Notes: a model not told the origin generated them from the sequence alone. A DNA stretch of 62,722 nucleotides from Catajapyx aquilonaris (GCA_000934665.2 JYFJ02002138.1:1-62722), one strand, 5' to 3'. Positions 11,551-27,411 are shown, counted from the stretch's first letter. Made by a program: numbers and translations.

Positions 11551-14500
11551 TAGGCCCTACGTGAATGTCGGGCCAGCTATTGTATTAGTGTGTTGCTATT
11601 GAAATACACTATAGCTACATCGTAAACATATGCAAGTTTTCCATTAAATGTTTATTTTTCATCAACCATATTACTGTAAGCCCACGTGTTGTACAGTATA
11701 CTTAGGCAAACATTGGCAGAGAAGCCAACAAATGAAAGCATGCATGTGTTTATAATATGGTGAGTAGCATGGAGTTTATTTACAGACTTCAGCATATAGC
11801 AATGTCTGCATAGATTTTGCATTATTTTTCACTCGAGTCTATATCTTGATAAATTTTAAGTATTTGCAGAACTGCTGAGGTAATTTATAATTATTTCCTT
11901 AACGATAACATTTAATTAAAACAAGTCACGTACGGTTTCTCGTGTTACATTATGTACTTTTTCATTGCCCTCGCGCTGTGTAAATCTGTTTAAAAAAAAT
12001 CCCCCACACACTTATGAGAACACCACGGAGCCAGACATGTAGGTCCATATTTGTATGAGGTAACTTCTAACAAATTCTTGACGTACCTGTATTTTCTGGC
12101 ATCAAGATTTCCGACCGGAACTATTCCAATAAGAAAATTTACAGAGAATAATGAAATGCGGAGTGTGGCTGCTGGATTTGGATATCCTGTCATGCTCTGC
12201 GATGATTGCAAAGTAGTGAAAATTTAGATTCGTAATACGAGTAGAAACGTTAGAGTAGCCTATACGAGTATGTTTACCACCGTTTATTTTCATAACCTAC
12301 GGAGAAACAGTCCAGGATATTAGGCCTATATAATGTCCTTCATCATAGCATATGAAAAGATGATGAATTAATAATAACTGTGTACGGGATAAAAGTCTAC
12401 GATACAGGCAGCGTTCCTTTGCTATTTTATATACTTAGCATATGCTCATCAGTATTTCGAGTATAAAGTAGCAAAATGTAATCACTTGCCACGAAACTAT
12501 AATAAAAACTTTTGCCTAGTAGTTGTCATTATCTGGGGTATTTAGTAATAATATAAATTATTGCTTTTTTAACCTTAGGTTACACGTTATATGAAAACTG
12601 TAATCTGCTGTAGGCCAATTTAAGCATAGAATTTCATCGTTGTGGTACAGTTATCAAGATGATTACATGACATTTTACCACTTTTGCAGCGTAGATTCTC
12701 TGAAGCTCCTCAGACTGATTACCATTTTAGTACAATGCAGAACCGTGGGGCATATTAACAAAGCCCGAGGGCCATAAAGATGTGAATGTTCTGGTGTCTG
12801 TGCCCTACACTATGCAGTATTTCAGAAGTCGGCGAGAAGTTGAGCCTCTCAGCAAAAAATAAAAGAAAAGAAAAAATCGAACGTCGCACCCCAGCCACTT
12901 CGGAGCGGGTTTTGCAAACATCTATCTTCCTACATGTATTTCCTGAGCAAGGCTTCCAAAAGGTGTTATTTTTTCTCTCCTTTTCCTACAGCCAGGGGAA
13001 CCGGAGCTTCCTTTACCAAATTCCGAAAGAGTTCTATCAAAATCTTTTTTTTCTAACACAATTCAGTTCTTTAAAATCATTCACAATAAGATTACAAAGT
13101 AGTGCATAGTCAATGGAAGATGCCAATGAACAAATTTCCGTACGAAATTATTTTCATTATTTTCCTGAATTCCGTATTGGGCTCCCTGACTCATGCTCCG
13201 TGCCCTCTGACCGCCTTGGCCAACAATCCCAACAATGAGCAACACAGGTCTGGGCATTTGCCCTTTGCCAATACCCTACCAAAGCAATCTAGCATCATTT
13301 TTCCTCTCCCCGGCCCATACCATACGTGCTCATATTTTGGTCCCAACGCTTCAAGATGAGATCTCCCGGACGCATGCCGCATCGGCCAAGCCGATTGCTA
13401 TTTGATTCACGTGACTATCACCCCCCCCCCTCCCTCCCTCCCTGTCCCCCTCCTGGCCCTCCGAATCCTTTATCTGCACTCGGGGGCATCCTAAGAGCGA
13501 GGGAGCGGAATTTCCATCATCGGGCGTGGCCGCGCATTGCCGACAACCTCCTCCAAATGAATGGCAGGCAGTGTCCGAGAGAGAGCCGGAGGGGGTAGGG
13601 GGGGGGGGGAGATCCTCTTTCTCACAAGAACCCGCCCTCTCATTGTGCTATCCTGCATGGAATTCACCCCTCACTCCATTCCCAACATACAGTACCCTGG
13701 GCTCAGGGTATTGAAATTGCTCTGGCCTTCCCCAACCCTAGGAATAATTATACCACGTGAATCGCGGATTTAGTGTGCCTGCAGTAGGTTCTGGCAGAGC
13801 CTTTTGAAGGAGTGTAAATAATGCATGTGGGATGGGTTGGGGGTGGTATGGGAAGAGTGGGTGGGATGGCTATTGCAGGCAAACGTAGCGCCGTACGTTT
13901 AAAGCCGCTGTGGCCCAAAGCCGGGGCAGTAATTGCACTTAATCTGTTATCACGAGTGCCGGCCAGGCAACCCCTTTCCGACTGTATGTAATTACCCGGT
14001 TCTCATCATCATGACCTTCCAACCCCCTCTCCGAACTCCACTTGCCTTACCCCTCCACCCCCGCACCCAATTCCTACATTTGCATAACAGTGTAACAAGC
14101 CAGCCGGTCATTTCCCGTGAGCTAGATCTTGGGTTCGGAAGCCATTCCTGATTATGGGTAAATAAGGCGCAACTGAAATGAGAGGGTCCTATTGGGGGCC
14201 ATTACTTGGCAGAGGACACTGCTGGACCCCTATCAAAATTCGCCTTCATTTACGGACCCATCACGTCCGTCCCAGTATTAGTTTGTGAAGATAATGAGCG
14301 CCTGAGGGCAATAAGTGCCTATAAATAAAATCGGTTACATGCTACGCCCCACACTGCTGACCCTGGCTAGACCCCATCCCAGTCCTCTCCCCCGCGGACT
14401 ATTGCATGTAGTTTTATGGAAGCAACATCTATCGTGATTACGAACCAGAAATGTCGATTCCAGGCTCATATTTTTGCGTTCAACTGCGCTGCAGCACACT

Positions 14501-17500
14501 GGACTTTTTTACTTTATTGTCCCTTGTGGCGAAGGTAAAAATCGACTGCCAAAGCTAAAGGGCAAGTTTCCTTTTTTTCATCCTGCAGTGAATCATTGTC
14601 AGTGAAACAGTCGTTTCATTCTGTACGAAACTATTATATCCGGCTATCTCCTGTGCGCTGCTTTTTTTTATTGGCAACCAGCACAAAAGCATGTAGCAAT
14701 TTGCCCTAGGCCTTATTTACAGTGCACCCAATAACAATGCAGCCACTTTATCGTACACACGGCTTACTTCTGGATAGCTTACCTCGGCGACACATAATGC
14801 GAGTACCGACTACAATATCAACACATATACAGGTATAAAACTCTGAATGAATAGAAATTGTGCCACAGGATATGAGCCTAGGTCCATGATAACCGCTCGT
14901 ATTTACCAATTCAAATATCAAATTCCGTACGAGCACTGACGTGTAGGTGAGTAGGAACTTGCTGGTATTACAAAACACAGCAGGCTCTAAATGATAAAGG
15001 GCGGACCCCGTGGCAGCGAATGCCACTGCCATCGCCGTTCCCCATTATAAATTGCCTCAGGAGCTGTTTTCCCAACTGGCTACAAAACGCAGTCTGGTTT
15101 AGTCAGCTATTTCCCTTTCCCAGGAGGAATTATTTGATGCGGAGAGCTAGAAATTATTGCATATCATATCAATGTAGCTGGCCCACCCTGGGTCTGAATT
15201 GCTCTACCGTTAGTTTCGCTTGTCACTTCACACCATCCAGACACTTCCGAAAACACCTTATTATTCTCTCCGGCCAACGTTTGGTACCCTATCTGCACAT
15301 AGAACAAGAGTCGCCGGTTTCAAATCAGCTTCAAAATCAAACGGACGGAATCATTGCGCATCCGCCAATGGAATACTTTGTTATCGACTCCTCCACATGG
15401 CGAGACGGTATACATATGGTATCAGAAGCCTCCGATAGCAAAATCCTTTATTGTTGTCGCCCAGGTCTCGGGCGTAATGGAAATCAATGGGACAAATTGG
15501 AAAACACAAATCCGGATACTCAATATTGATGCCATGAATTAGTGCATCATCACTTCGCGTTTGCGAGGCGCTCAGGAAAGATCAGGCACAAAGTGCTCGT
15601 ATATTACTTAGCACAGGGAGTAACTTAGTCTCATTAGCATCGCATTATGCATCCGCAACTATCAATCATTCTCATTACGCCTGCTAAAGATCACAGGATC
15701 TCTACCTCATGTTCGCCTAATTTTGATGCAACAATTTGCGCCTGTTTCAGACATTTTTTGTAATGTGTCATATTTCAACGTTTATAGATCATCAGCTTGC
15801 TATCCAGTTCTTTTATAATAATACTGCTTTTGTATGGCAGGCTGTAATTGTCTGCTAAATGCGCTAAACTTGTATACATTGTAGCGGCAATAGCCAATGC
15901 AATTGACAATATAATTACTATCATATGAAATTTTTAGCAGAGTATTTAATAATATATATTTATGGAAAACCTGTTGGGTATCATATAATTCGATGCAATA
16001 TTTAGCTATTACCTACAGTGATTTAATTGCCATTTTCCAATTTGGAATATGGCGCCTTTCATGTATGCAGACACACAGGCCTTAGATCAGTCCCAATATG
16101 ATGATTAAAAACTACGGTGTTTCCAAGTTTACAGCAATATCGAGTTTTTTAACTGCCAGCTCGCTGAATAGGCAAATTGAGGAAAACAGAGACAGGCAGT
16201 TTCTGCCTGACTGGAATCCCCACTTCCACGTGCACATGAATAAAAGTTTCCACTACAGTAGTAACAGGCAGTTAGACGCAAAATGCGGAACAATTACCCA
16301 CGTGAATAGCGTTGCTGGGGGAAGTCAATTACAACCTCCCGGTAAATATGGTGCTGCCCGGAGACGGTTTTCAAAGAGAGGGTGAGGGTCCAAGGCAGAG
16401 TTAAAACGTATAGAGGGATTCTGGTAGGGGGCCAGGACTGCCAATTTTCAGCAAATGGTATTAATTATGGATAATGTCGAGGTTGAGAGAATGCTCCGGG
16501 AATCTACTCCACGTCATTCTGCGTTGTACCAGAAGACTTTGAGTGTCTTGCCGACAGCCCTTTGACAGCGAGTAGGCTGGGGAAAGTAACGGCCTCAATA
16601 ATGCAAAAGCCGTCCTCAATCTGTCGCACATGTTAACTTGCTCCCAATTCATCAATCTACAACTGACAAGTTTTTACTGGATAAAAAATGTCTCGATTTA
16701 TCATCCAGAGCTTGTCCGCGCCTGCAATTACGCGCATCGACTAACTCTAGGGCGGGAAAATAAATTAGAAAGACGGTTGACCTCCGACTCCAAAAGTGGG
16801 GAGTCGAAAAGAAACAATTGCAATGGGAAGGCATCGCATAGAACATCACGGTTGATAGACCCCCCCGGGTTCCAGGGAATTCGACCAAATCTCCTCTTGG
16901 AACATAAATGAGATGATCCTCAGAAAAAGACTTCCCTCTTCGAAGGACTTGATACCACAGGATTTTGTAGCCAACTGCTCCATCATAATCTATTTCGTTT
17001 TCGCTCGGATCTCCTGGCATAGTTTCCTATTTTCCTCAAAACATTCACCATTGGCCTCTCCCCTTTCCTCCTCGCTTCCTCCAGCTTTCATGCTGCAATT
17101 CTCATTTGCAGTATATCACCATATAGTTACAATCTGTTATTGTGCACAATAGACTACCTTGGACGCGACTTATTGGCAAAGTTGGCTTTCCGTCCGATTC
17201 TATTCAAAACCTGAAGCATTTCACCTATTGTTCCGGGAGGATTAAATAATGAGTTGGCAAGCTCCAAACATGGCTGCGTGCAGGGGGAAAGTTACGTAGG
17301 TCATGATTTACTTTGAATTCGCCTCACTATGCAGTATACGCGAGATTTGAAAAAGAGGAGCAATAATGTTATCAATTAAGTTAGTCTATTGTTACACAGT
17401 TAAAAAAAGGCTCGAATGACAAATTGCCCGCATGCACTCGTACGTATTACTCAGATTTATTTCGCACATTACCACACGATATAGTGATTTAGCACCATTT

Positions 17501-20500
17501 GCCAGCGACCTTTTTATGAAAATACCAGGGATTAATGGAGGGATGGACACCGATAATTTGCCATTTCTCTCGAATACTAAATACACACCTCTACGTGACA
17601 AGCTGCTAGGCCCATCGGCTACATCAGGATTAATCTCCTATAAAAGTACACTAATCCCCCGCCAGTAAATAATTTCGCTCATCGTAGAAGCCCATAATTA
17701 AAGAGCGAAGCTTTGCAAGGCCAACAGCGCATCAAGGTTCCCGCGACTCCATGTTGACTTGTCACGAAAAAAAAGAAAAAGAAAAAAAAATTGTTCCAAG
17801 AACAATTTCCTGCCGCACCTTTCGGACAACCTTATTTCGGCTGCCAGCACCAAAATTTGATTCACCTGAGACGAGACAGGCGAGGGAACACTTTTGAGGG
17901 GGGTACCAACACAATAAAAGACCTGCCTGAAACACGCCGTATGTATACACGACGCAGCACATTTCCTCCGCTAGGCAGCAGTCAATGCTTTTCAATATGA
18001 GCTGGTAATGAAGGCAGCGGCATTTTTAGGAGGGGAGGGCCATGATATGGCGTCAGATACCGGGGCCTTGCAGAGAGGAGGTGCGAATCTATTTAGGAAT
18101 CGTCGGCGGGGAACGTTCCGATGCAGATGCGAACAAAAGGTCAACGCACTTCCTAGCAGCTCCGGCGCCCGCAAACGGTCGTCTAGCGCCCACTTCATTT
18201 CAAGCCGTGCCGTGATCCTTTGCCAAAAAAAATCTACCCTACCTCCCCACCCTCTCCATCCGCCGCACGTGGCTTCTGTACACCACACATTTTTAGATCT
18301 GGCCTTTTTCACCACCTCAGGCACCTCCATGTGCAATGACCGATTAATTCTCCAGATACAACAGGGCTGATTTGTTCTGGGTATTCAAGTGGTTAGTCCA
18401 TCAAGCCGATTATGATCTAGTTTCTGCTGACCTAGTGCATCCAGTTTAGCTGCTTAGACAGGCTACTAGTCACGACAGCTCGGTCTCCTTCTCAGGGTGT
18501 CAACTGTGTTTCATACGGCAATTCGCATTACGGTTGTCGACTGTGGGAACGGTCTGAACGCGCAATGGCGTCCTGAAAGGCGTCCCCACGCTGGCGTACC
18601 CTAACAACCCCGCCCATTGGCTGAGACAGCAACTGGAGCCGTTGACGTCAGGAAACTACAATCGCGCCTTCCTCAATGTCAACAATATTTCGGGAAGCGC
18701 ATCCTATCCGAAACCACCAAAAAAGAGCAGTAATGCATCCCAGAAGGGCCGCACGTGCATTTTCTTGTCTTTGCGAGCATCCTCATCAAGGAGTTTCGCC
18801 AGCCAAGGCACGATTTGTCGCGCTTGAACGCCAACCCCTTGCCTGCCTCGCCACCTCACAAGCTGAATCGGGAAGGAAGGCATTCCAAAGACACCTCATT
18901 TACATATACAGAAACCTTCAAAGACGCTCTGGGAAGCTGTGGGAAAACAAGGATAAAGAGGCACATCAGAAGCACCTTCCAGAGTCGAGGAAACACCCCG
19001 CTTCCCACCCCCCAACTCTCACCATCTAACTTTGGCAACTCCAGGCATCTCCATAATATGCTAATGACGTGGCGAAGGGGATCCTTGTCCGGGATCTTCG
19101 AAATGGCCTCTGCGACAGATCCAGAGGTGCATCCCCATTCACATTTTCCGCCATTTTAGGACGAACACACCGGCCAAGCACAATGCCCTTCCTCCCAGGA
19201 GACATACAGCGGCAGAGAGCAGAAGAAGAAGAAGAAAAAAAAACAGACAAGTCCTACGGAGTATTTCTGACTGGGCTTGCAAGCCAAGTTGTATCAAGTC
19301 CAATTTCTTTGGGAGGCCGCAGCGCAGCGGATCTCGAAAAACTTTTTAGAAGACACTAGTAATTATGTTGGTAGGTCCCGGGTCACTCGTGGATGTGAGG
19401 AGTGGGCAGAAACCAACGGAAAACATGCCGCGGGAATCGTTCTAACCTTCCGAGTTGGGGCTACTTTCATCACACAATAATGAGCTTCGGAGGTGGAAGG
19501 TTGGGCGACTAAAATATTTAAAACAGCTAGCGGACAACCGCGATCAACATATTTCCCAAGAGGGAGCGCTTTTACTAGAATATCCCATTGAACAAGTGCA
19601 TACATTTGACATTCACGGGCTCCTCAACATTCTCCCAAGAATTCCCTTCCTCCTAGCCCTTGGATGGATAGCTAGATCAGAAATTTTAGTCAGGTAGAAA
19701 GCATAACCGGCGCTCCACTTTCCAAGTACTTTTTTTCCCTGGGTGCTGAAGGAGAGACCTGAGTCAACCTAATAGGGTATCCACAAGTTCAAGGCAGCGC
19801 AGTGCCGAGCACGTTTTTAGAACCCTTTCAAGACGACAAGTGGGGACATTTTTTTCTTGACCAACTTTTTTTTGTCCAGGGACATTTAACCGATTTTCCT
19901 CTCGCTTAGGAAAACACCAGCCTTCAAAAAAGAGCTAATTCATGCTACGAGAACATGAATGGCCACAAAAGCCTTAATGGAACACAAAAAAAACTGGCCG
20001 ATCCTAGTTTCGTGAGAAACGATTTACCCAACCCAAATCATGCAAAGGCCATGACAACCCTGAAGGTTCAAAATGGCGGACCATATTACTGTTTCGCAGC
20101 ACAGTACACTCTGACCCTTTCCTCGGGCAATTCTTGATAAGTTCCCATCCTCCTTCATGCATGCTATTATTTTTTTCCCTGCATGTGAATATTCCTCGCG
20201 ACCTCTCACATTCCTGAATGGCTGCCAAAATACGCTAACTTCCTCACCAACGGTGCATTTCTAGTGCACAGACGACTTGTAACTCCTGCACTGTGATTCT
20301 CATTCAAGACAGACTTTCCAACCTCATTTCTCTCGCCGAAACACCGCCAAACGCTCATCTAGGCATAGCAGGCCCTGTAGCAAAACCAGAAGTTTTATTC
20401 CCTCTTGTCTTACAAATTCCCCTTCTCCTTTTAGCCTACCTTTACCTTCTGGTAAAAGGTCTGCTCGTGCATGACAAGAGTTCCATGTGACAGCTCCGGA

Positions 20501-20631
20501 GATATAGGGGAGATGTAAGGTGCTGGCCACCTAAGGAGCCACAATTACTATACAGTATAGAGGAACTTATACTCAGGACGGTTTTGTTGACCCATTGTTG
20601 CACTTTCACGATTATGAAATATAGAAATTTG

Positions 20632-20652
20632 ACTTACCTGGTAATAGAGAAT
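20632..20652 (-). other. Acceptor fused to donor on the minus strand (weaker recursive-site candidate)
   Basis: The minus strand reads ATTCTCTATTACCAG|GTAAGT, with the junction at 20638/20637. Confidence 0.3.
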
Positions 20653-22485
20653 CTATAGGTGTCGTAAAAATTGTATCATTTTCAATACGCACGACAACAA
20701 CTACATACATACTGGTAGGATGCAGAAAAGCAACACTCAGATTTCAAGCGAAACACGACTCACGTTCTAGCTACAAAATTATATCTCCAACCATTTCCAG
20801 TTTCAATAATTGCAGTAATTACTGGCCCTAGATGCACATCTGAGCAATAATGAACATCATGAATATTATTGGCCTCCGAAACATGACTTGCTCTCGTAAT
20901 CTGGCCTGTTCCCCCCTTAGTTCATAGCGCTATTTATGTACTTAAGCCATGTTATTTCACGGTGCCATGCATGGCTTTATACAAGTTTCTCCTCTTTGCC
21001 AATGATACATTGCGCAAGGAAGCGAATAGGTAAACAAAGAGGGAGCGGGATAGAAGGGGGAAGGGGGCAACGGCTCTCCTTCTCCCCTCTAAATTAGCTC
21101 TCAAGTTAGGCAGTGGCCGCAAGGCTACGGTGGTCTCTGGGTTGTAAAGGCACTGCCTTCTTAGGCCCCGGAAAAAGGTGCCTTAGGCTTTGCTTTCCTA
21201 GACGACGCGGTCCCCCTTTTGATGAGCTGGCCCCGGGGCCACCACCCTCCCCCACCACCCAACCAAGAAAAGCAACATAAGCCTGAAAACAGACGTCCAA
21301 CTCGTTTCTCCTCGTCTCGGGCCCCGCTTTAACTTCCACAAACATCGTTGAGGAAAAACTCAGCCCAAACTCTCTTCTCGGCGAGAAAACTCTGGAGAAA
21401 AGCTTTCCCCCTCCCCCCCCCCCCCAAAAAAAAACTGAGAGAGACAAACTAGATGAGTGACTGTATAGAGTCAAACTGGTGGGAAAAATCTGCGGTCAGA
21501 CTCAATTGTGCACGTACACTGTGCACTGAGACACTATAATGGACTAACGTGTTACACCCTTAGTCAACGCATGTTTTTTGTGTACCTGTTGCGCTCTTAG
21601 ATTGCTTTTTCTTGCCCCCCAAAAAAGAGTGGTAGTTCACTATCGATCCGTGCTCTCTATTTCGCTCTATCCGGGGACGCTGGCATACCTTTGTTTATTG
21701 AGTCCGGACCCGTGATAACCCAGTATCCCCGCAGTGGAATTACAATAATGTATCATTGTCTCGTTTCGCACTGCGTCCGGGACTGAACGCGGTCAATTTT
21801 CCAAAATTAGTGACCCCACTGTTTGTGCAATTCTTCGTCTCACATACCGGATTCATTCATCAGGGGTACAGGTAATTACACCCATGATAATACATACGTG
21901 TATAAACACATGTCTAGAAAGCTACAATGTGGTAATTTTCTTTTTGCGTTTTGTATCACGGACCTATATTTTATTCCCGCCTCTTGCACAGCACATTATT
22001 CACAATACCACAACTGAGCTCTCCTAACCCGTTTGGACACCACAGCTCTAATAATTACAACAAACTAGAACAGTGCTTTTGTAAACAAGCATTGCTTGAC
22101 TACAATATTCCAAAAGTGTGTAACGATAATAAATATGAAATTTCCTGCCAGGCATCCTAGTCCTATACCATTTCATTATTTTCGCTCATATCACCTAAGT
22201 AAATATTGGGTTTCTCTAACCACATAGAGCAATATCTAGCCTCACATGAACAAACGAAACCGAATTCATTAACGAAAATAAAGATAAATAAACTTATCCA
22301 GTGTGCAGGAGAGACTAATTCGGAATGTTGGTGTTTCATTCTCCTTCAGCAGTTATCTAAACAAGGGGGTGCATTCATGCACTGCTACGAATCCTCTGAA
22401 TTCGTGTCTGCAGTTGGGTGGAACGTACAATAGCCTCCCAGCCAAACGTTCAACTGCAGCTGCAGACAGGAATAAAGTACAGGCC

Positions 22486-22487
<2 letters not shown>

Positions 22488-22554
<67 letters not shown>
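22488..22554. repeat. (CT)n microsatellite, ~33 units
   Basis: Perfect CT dinucleotide run. Confidence 0.98.
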
Positions 22555-22556
<2 letters not shown>

Positions 22557-25500
22557 GACCCCTCTCCCTCTCTCCAGACCCCTGCCTTAATTCGGCGTGT
22601 GGTTCCCTGGGGTAGCACTGATGAAAATTAAGCAGGACATCCCCAAGGTATCCATCCGAGAGCCAGAATCAACCAAATGCAGTCATGATTCCGAGCCGGG
22701 CACAAAACCGGCAGCATTGTCAATGAGTTGTGGGAAAACTGGCAGCAGGCTCATCGCGCAGCCCCTTTCCCCTTTTCCGGCATGCCCTCCTCATGTCAAA
22801 ACTGACCCTCCGTGTTTATTCGTCCTCCTCTGATGTCATATTTACATGTTTGTCCAAGAAAGGCCCCTCAATTATTGATGGGAAAGGGGGATGCTGGCTA
22901 AATATAGCTCACCAGTGACTTGGGACCTCCTATGTTTACTGTTAGTACATGATGGTTCAAGTACCAGTGGACCTGATTCCAACTGAGGGATTGTCAAAGG
23001 TCTGGAGGTATTACAAATATCACTGTTGAGCAAACTGATGTGAAACATCAGTAGCTGACAAATCTTAGACCTATATTGACAGTTTGATTTAGGGGTAGAG
23101 TAGACATGTGTGGCGCATGACGCGTGACTTCATTTTCAGTGGGCATTGGGTTAGGAAGATAACGCTGTTGATTTATAATGATGTGGTATGCAGATGATTT
23201 TAGACTGATTTCAATCCCATAGATGTGATAAACACTTTTCAGCGTGACTAGAGTAGGCCCACTTGTGTAAACTGATTCTTACGTATAAACAAGCAGTAGA
23301 ACTTCAGAAAAGTATTGGAATCGGAATGCTCAACTTTGATTAAACCGAAACTATTAGATTGTAATAGTTCATATTGGGCAAAAATATCTTATTTAAAAAT
23401 CAACGTTATACATATTGCTAGATGCATAAAATTCGCTCGAACAATAATTACTTCATTATTATTTGGAAATTGAAGTGGAGGAGCCTGTTGAGCCGTAATT
23501 CCATTATGCTACTCATCTTGGACCAGGACCATGAATGTAATGGTCTGTATAGTCCTAAATTAAAAACAGGAAAGAGTCCTTCATAGATGACAACACACTG
23601 ACGTAATTAAATAAACTACACATGCTGACTAAGGCAATCACAGAGTGCCCCCATATGAATTTATTGCGCGTCATGCCTATTTGTGTCCTAAATATGATTA
23701 TTAGGGAGCTTTTCCTATCACAAATCTATGAGGACAGAATCATGGTCCAGAAATTTTCTACGGATGTGCAAAGAAAACAAGAAGTATCATTCTACATTCA
23801 AGCACAAGTCGTGTTTTTCTTTCCACAAGCCACGCCAGTTAAACTAGAAAAAAATTTACCGCCAAAGGAGAAAGTTTCTCCATAAATGTGTATTCAGGTC
23901 TACAGGATATGTTACATTAGTACCCTCTCTGCACGTGTCGGTGGGGATCCGTTTCATGTTTCCAGTGGATCATTTGAAATCACTTCTACTCAAATCTTGC
24001 ACTTTCATGATAATGGCAGCATTGTAATTCATCATTACTGCCACTAAATGTAAATTTTAAAATGAGTTTTCTTTTATTTCTCTCTCTGTAATGGGATATG
24101 AGTTAATTAGAATATATCACTAACCTAAAGGCACAGGCGAGCAAAGATATAATTATTGGCACGTTTTCAATATACAGTAATAATGTATGAAACCCATCTG
24201 TCCCGCGTTATTTGTGCATAACAACTATACAATATGTAATGGGTTAACGCTGCACCAACAGTGACCACTACAACAATAGTACGAGTTAATTACGTTTACA
24301 TGTAATTTTACCCAACACTACGCTAATGTATCATAATTTATTGTTACTTAAATTAGGAAAAGCTATCAGCATTCCCCAGCAAATGGTTTCAGCATGCCGC
24401 CTAGTGATATTCCTAGAGATAACGTGAGAAGGAAATTGACATGTCTACTTCATTCATTACAAAATGAATGTACGAGCTGGCAACACCGCCTTGGCAAGAA
24501 TGGCGACGCAAAGGGGTGAAGTTCAAAGAACCACTCTCCACACATTCCTCAAGGTCGTGTCACATTCATTCCCAGACAGTTATAAAGAGGCCACATAATC
24601 CTAAAGACGTTCGCATTATAGTGAAGCGCCTAGATACACATTCGCGTGACAGTAGCACTTAGGAAAAATTCAAGGTAACAAAACACGTCTCACAGCATAA
24701 TTCTCGCCTGAAAATGTCCGCTGTGGGCAAATAATCGCGCTGCCTGTTCTAATGGCCTCGCCTAAAGAGGAGAGGCGCCGCTTCCAGTTATAAGAGACGC
24801 CTGCTTCATTTCCGAGTATAGTTTTATGCGATACGCTTTTAGAAAAGTCGCAATCCGCGAAAGAAAAATAAAACTTCACTTCTCGCTTTTTTTTACGCGC
24901 TCTTAGAACGGTCGTAGCGGCCTTGAAAGATTCAGGTTTATGCCCAATTAGCGCAATTACTTCGCTTTTTTTTTACTGCTCTTAATCACGGCGCTTTTTC
25001 GCAAGGAAAGAACAACAGGGACGCACACTCCTGAGTGCCTCGGAAATGAATGTGCTCTATGAACGAATATGCACAATTAGTGTGGATCGTCATCATTTAT
25101 TATTTACAGACACTAATATTACTCCGTCTCTGAACACTCAGATGTGCAGTTTGATTACTTGTCACTGTCAACGCTACATGCTAATATCAGTTATTATTTG
25201 AGATCTTAACCAAACAATTGGGTACAGAAATGTTACGCTATCGTGGCATTGACAAAGTGTGTTTACACTTTGGGATGACTCCAGTGTTGTAGATACGATA
25301 CAGTATCACCAGTTTATTGCCTTGAAGTTTGATTTATTGCTCGGACTGACCGCAATTGAGAACAAATGTGCTGCTTCGCTATTCTGCATGTGAGATAATC
25401 AACCTTTGTAAACCAGGTGCCCTATATCCCACGACGTTCACGATTTCCCCTGCACCCCTTCTCCCAGAACGCCCTATAATTCCCTACTGATTTCAGCTGG

Positions 25501-27411
25501 CAAGCAATTTAGTAAGCTACCATTTTATTTAACTCTGACAATGACGTTACTGTACCGTATATATGGACTTTTTTCAATCGAAAGTAATGGAAACAGCAAC
25601 GGAATTACAGGCATTAACTGAGCAGATTTTGCTTTTACGGGGCACGAACTTGAATGAATTGGTCTTCACAGTTCACTTCCTTCCAGTCTGATATCTTCAC
25701 AGTGTGCAGGTGGGTGTAGGTTAAGACATGCAAAAGTGTGGTCATGCTTGGCCCCCGAGCACATCATCATTTTACTGTTGGAAAGTGATTTCACTGGTGT
25801 ACAGTAAAAACCCGTGAAATTGGACCCCTGCCATGCTGGGAGGAGCGTGTACAGATATTGTGCCACACTCTTGACTACGCTTAATCAAACCTTCAGTTAG
25901 GAATTTACATCATGTTTGCAGCAAAATTGCAAAAAAAGCAGGATGGCCATTTCAATTTATGATGCGTTGGATGTGTTATAAATTACAAGTGAAACGTCCC
26001 CAGGCAACACCATAATCACAGGTGCTTCATCATCATTAGTCAACATTACATCATCAAGTTATCATTTTTCTAAACAGCTAATGGTCCGAGTATTAGCCCG
26101 ATTACTGGTATATGAGGAGACAAAAATTATTCTTACTGTTACAAAATCACACACGTACTACAACGCTGACTGTTATCCAAACCTGACTGTCACGTGCCCC
26201 CAGCTGTACAGCGTCAGATGACAGATAGCCCAGTATTTCGCTGTCACTCAGCATGAATGCTAATGGAAGTTAAATACAAGTTTGTTTCGCGTGTCCTAAG
26301 CTGAAGATCTAAGTTTACCCTGAATATTTTGACGCGCCCGCAGCGCCCTTCCCTCCGCACCCTCATCTCCACTACACTAACCTAGAGGAAATGGATGCTA
26401 GTTTCAATTTCAGATTACTAAGCGCAAACTCATCAACCTTATTCTCATCTTAGCCCCGGTTCAGTCAAGCGCGGCTCGATCTCGCTGATGCCAAAATCAG
26501 AATCGAGAGTCGACGAAGGATATTGTCGTCGGCCAAATCCCCTCCACCCCCCTTTCTCATGAGAGTAGGGAGGAGAGAAAAAGGTTGAAGAAAAAAAAAT
26601 TCAAGAAAAAAAAATCCAAATCCTAGCACTGCCGGATAGAGACTTGACTCAATGCCGGCTCCCATTGAGTGCATTTCCCCCATTTTTCTGAATCGAAGAC
26701 GTGGGCGCCACATTCATGCCGCTGCATGTATACTTTCCTTCCAAATAATATATGAGTCGTACCTAGCAAGTCCCCTTTCCACTTATGAAATCGGGAGGGT
26801 AATGCAATATTGATGCGCACTCGGTAATATGCTCATGCAGGTCTGTTCCACCCAACCCACCCTTTACACCAAAGCCCTCCCCCATGATAAACACAAGTGT
26901 GATGAGTTGATTTACGTCGAGTTTCGTGCCAAGAAACATTTTGAGACTTGGCCAAACGGAATCTGCCCCCCCGTCCCCCCCACACACCTCCCTCTCCCCG
27001 CATTGAAACTGCATAAAGCTCAGTCAATATTTGTGTGCTTTTCGGCTCGCAAAGTTTCCCGGAGAATCGCGGGGTACAAAATTGATCAGTTTGATCAATG
27101 CTGATTGCGCTCCAAATGGAAGTAATGACAATGGAGGCCCCCGGAGGCGTCGGGTGTGACGTAAAGACGCGGCTCATAACCTTGCGGCGAAGGTCACAAC
27201 CTTCCCAGGCTAAGGTGAACAGCCCGATTTTCGCAAGAAAATCGTGAAAATCGCATACCATATAAGCAAGACGGTGAAGAACGATGCTCAAAAGTCAAAA
27301 CACCGACATCAAGTAGCACAATAAAAAAATAGCATCCAACCGGTGTATCAATAAATCTGGTCGTATATCGTGTTGCAAGTCAGATTTTATAAGTCTGGCC
27401 GTACCTCTAAA

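Noticed and set aside
12965..12991. Strong-looking + strand acceptors (also ~14588, 28080, 34310 and 37509)
   Set aside because: None pairs with a convincing donor and open frame to make a credible coding exon. Pyrimidine tracts are common in this window.
17490..17510. miR-29/285-like start TAGCACCATTTG
   Set aside because: The match stops after 12 nt and no hairpin partner arm is evident.
22303..22618. ORFs with SL/ER dipeptide runs
   Set aside because: These are artefacts of the (CT)n microsatellite.
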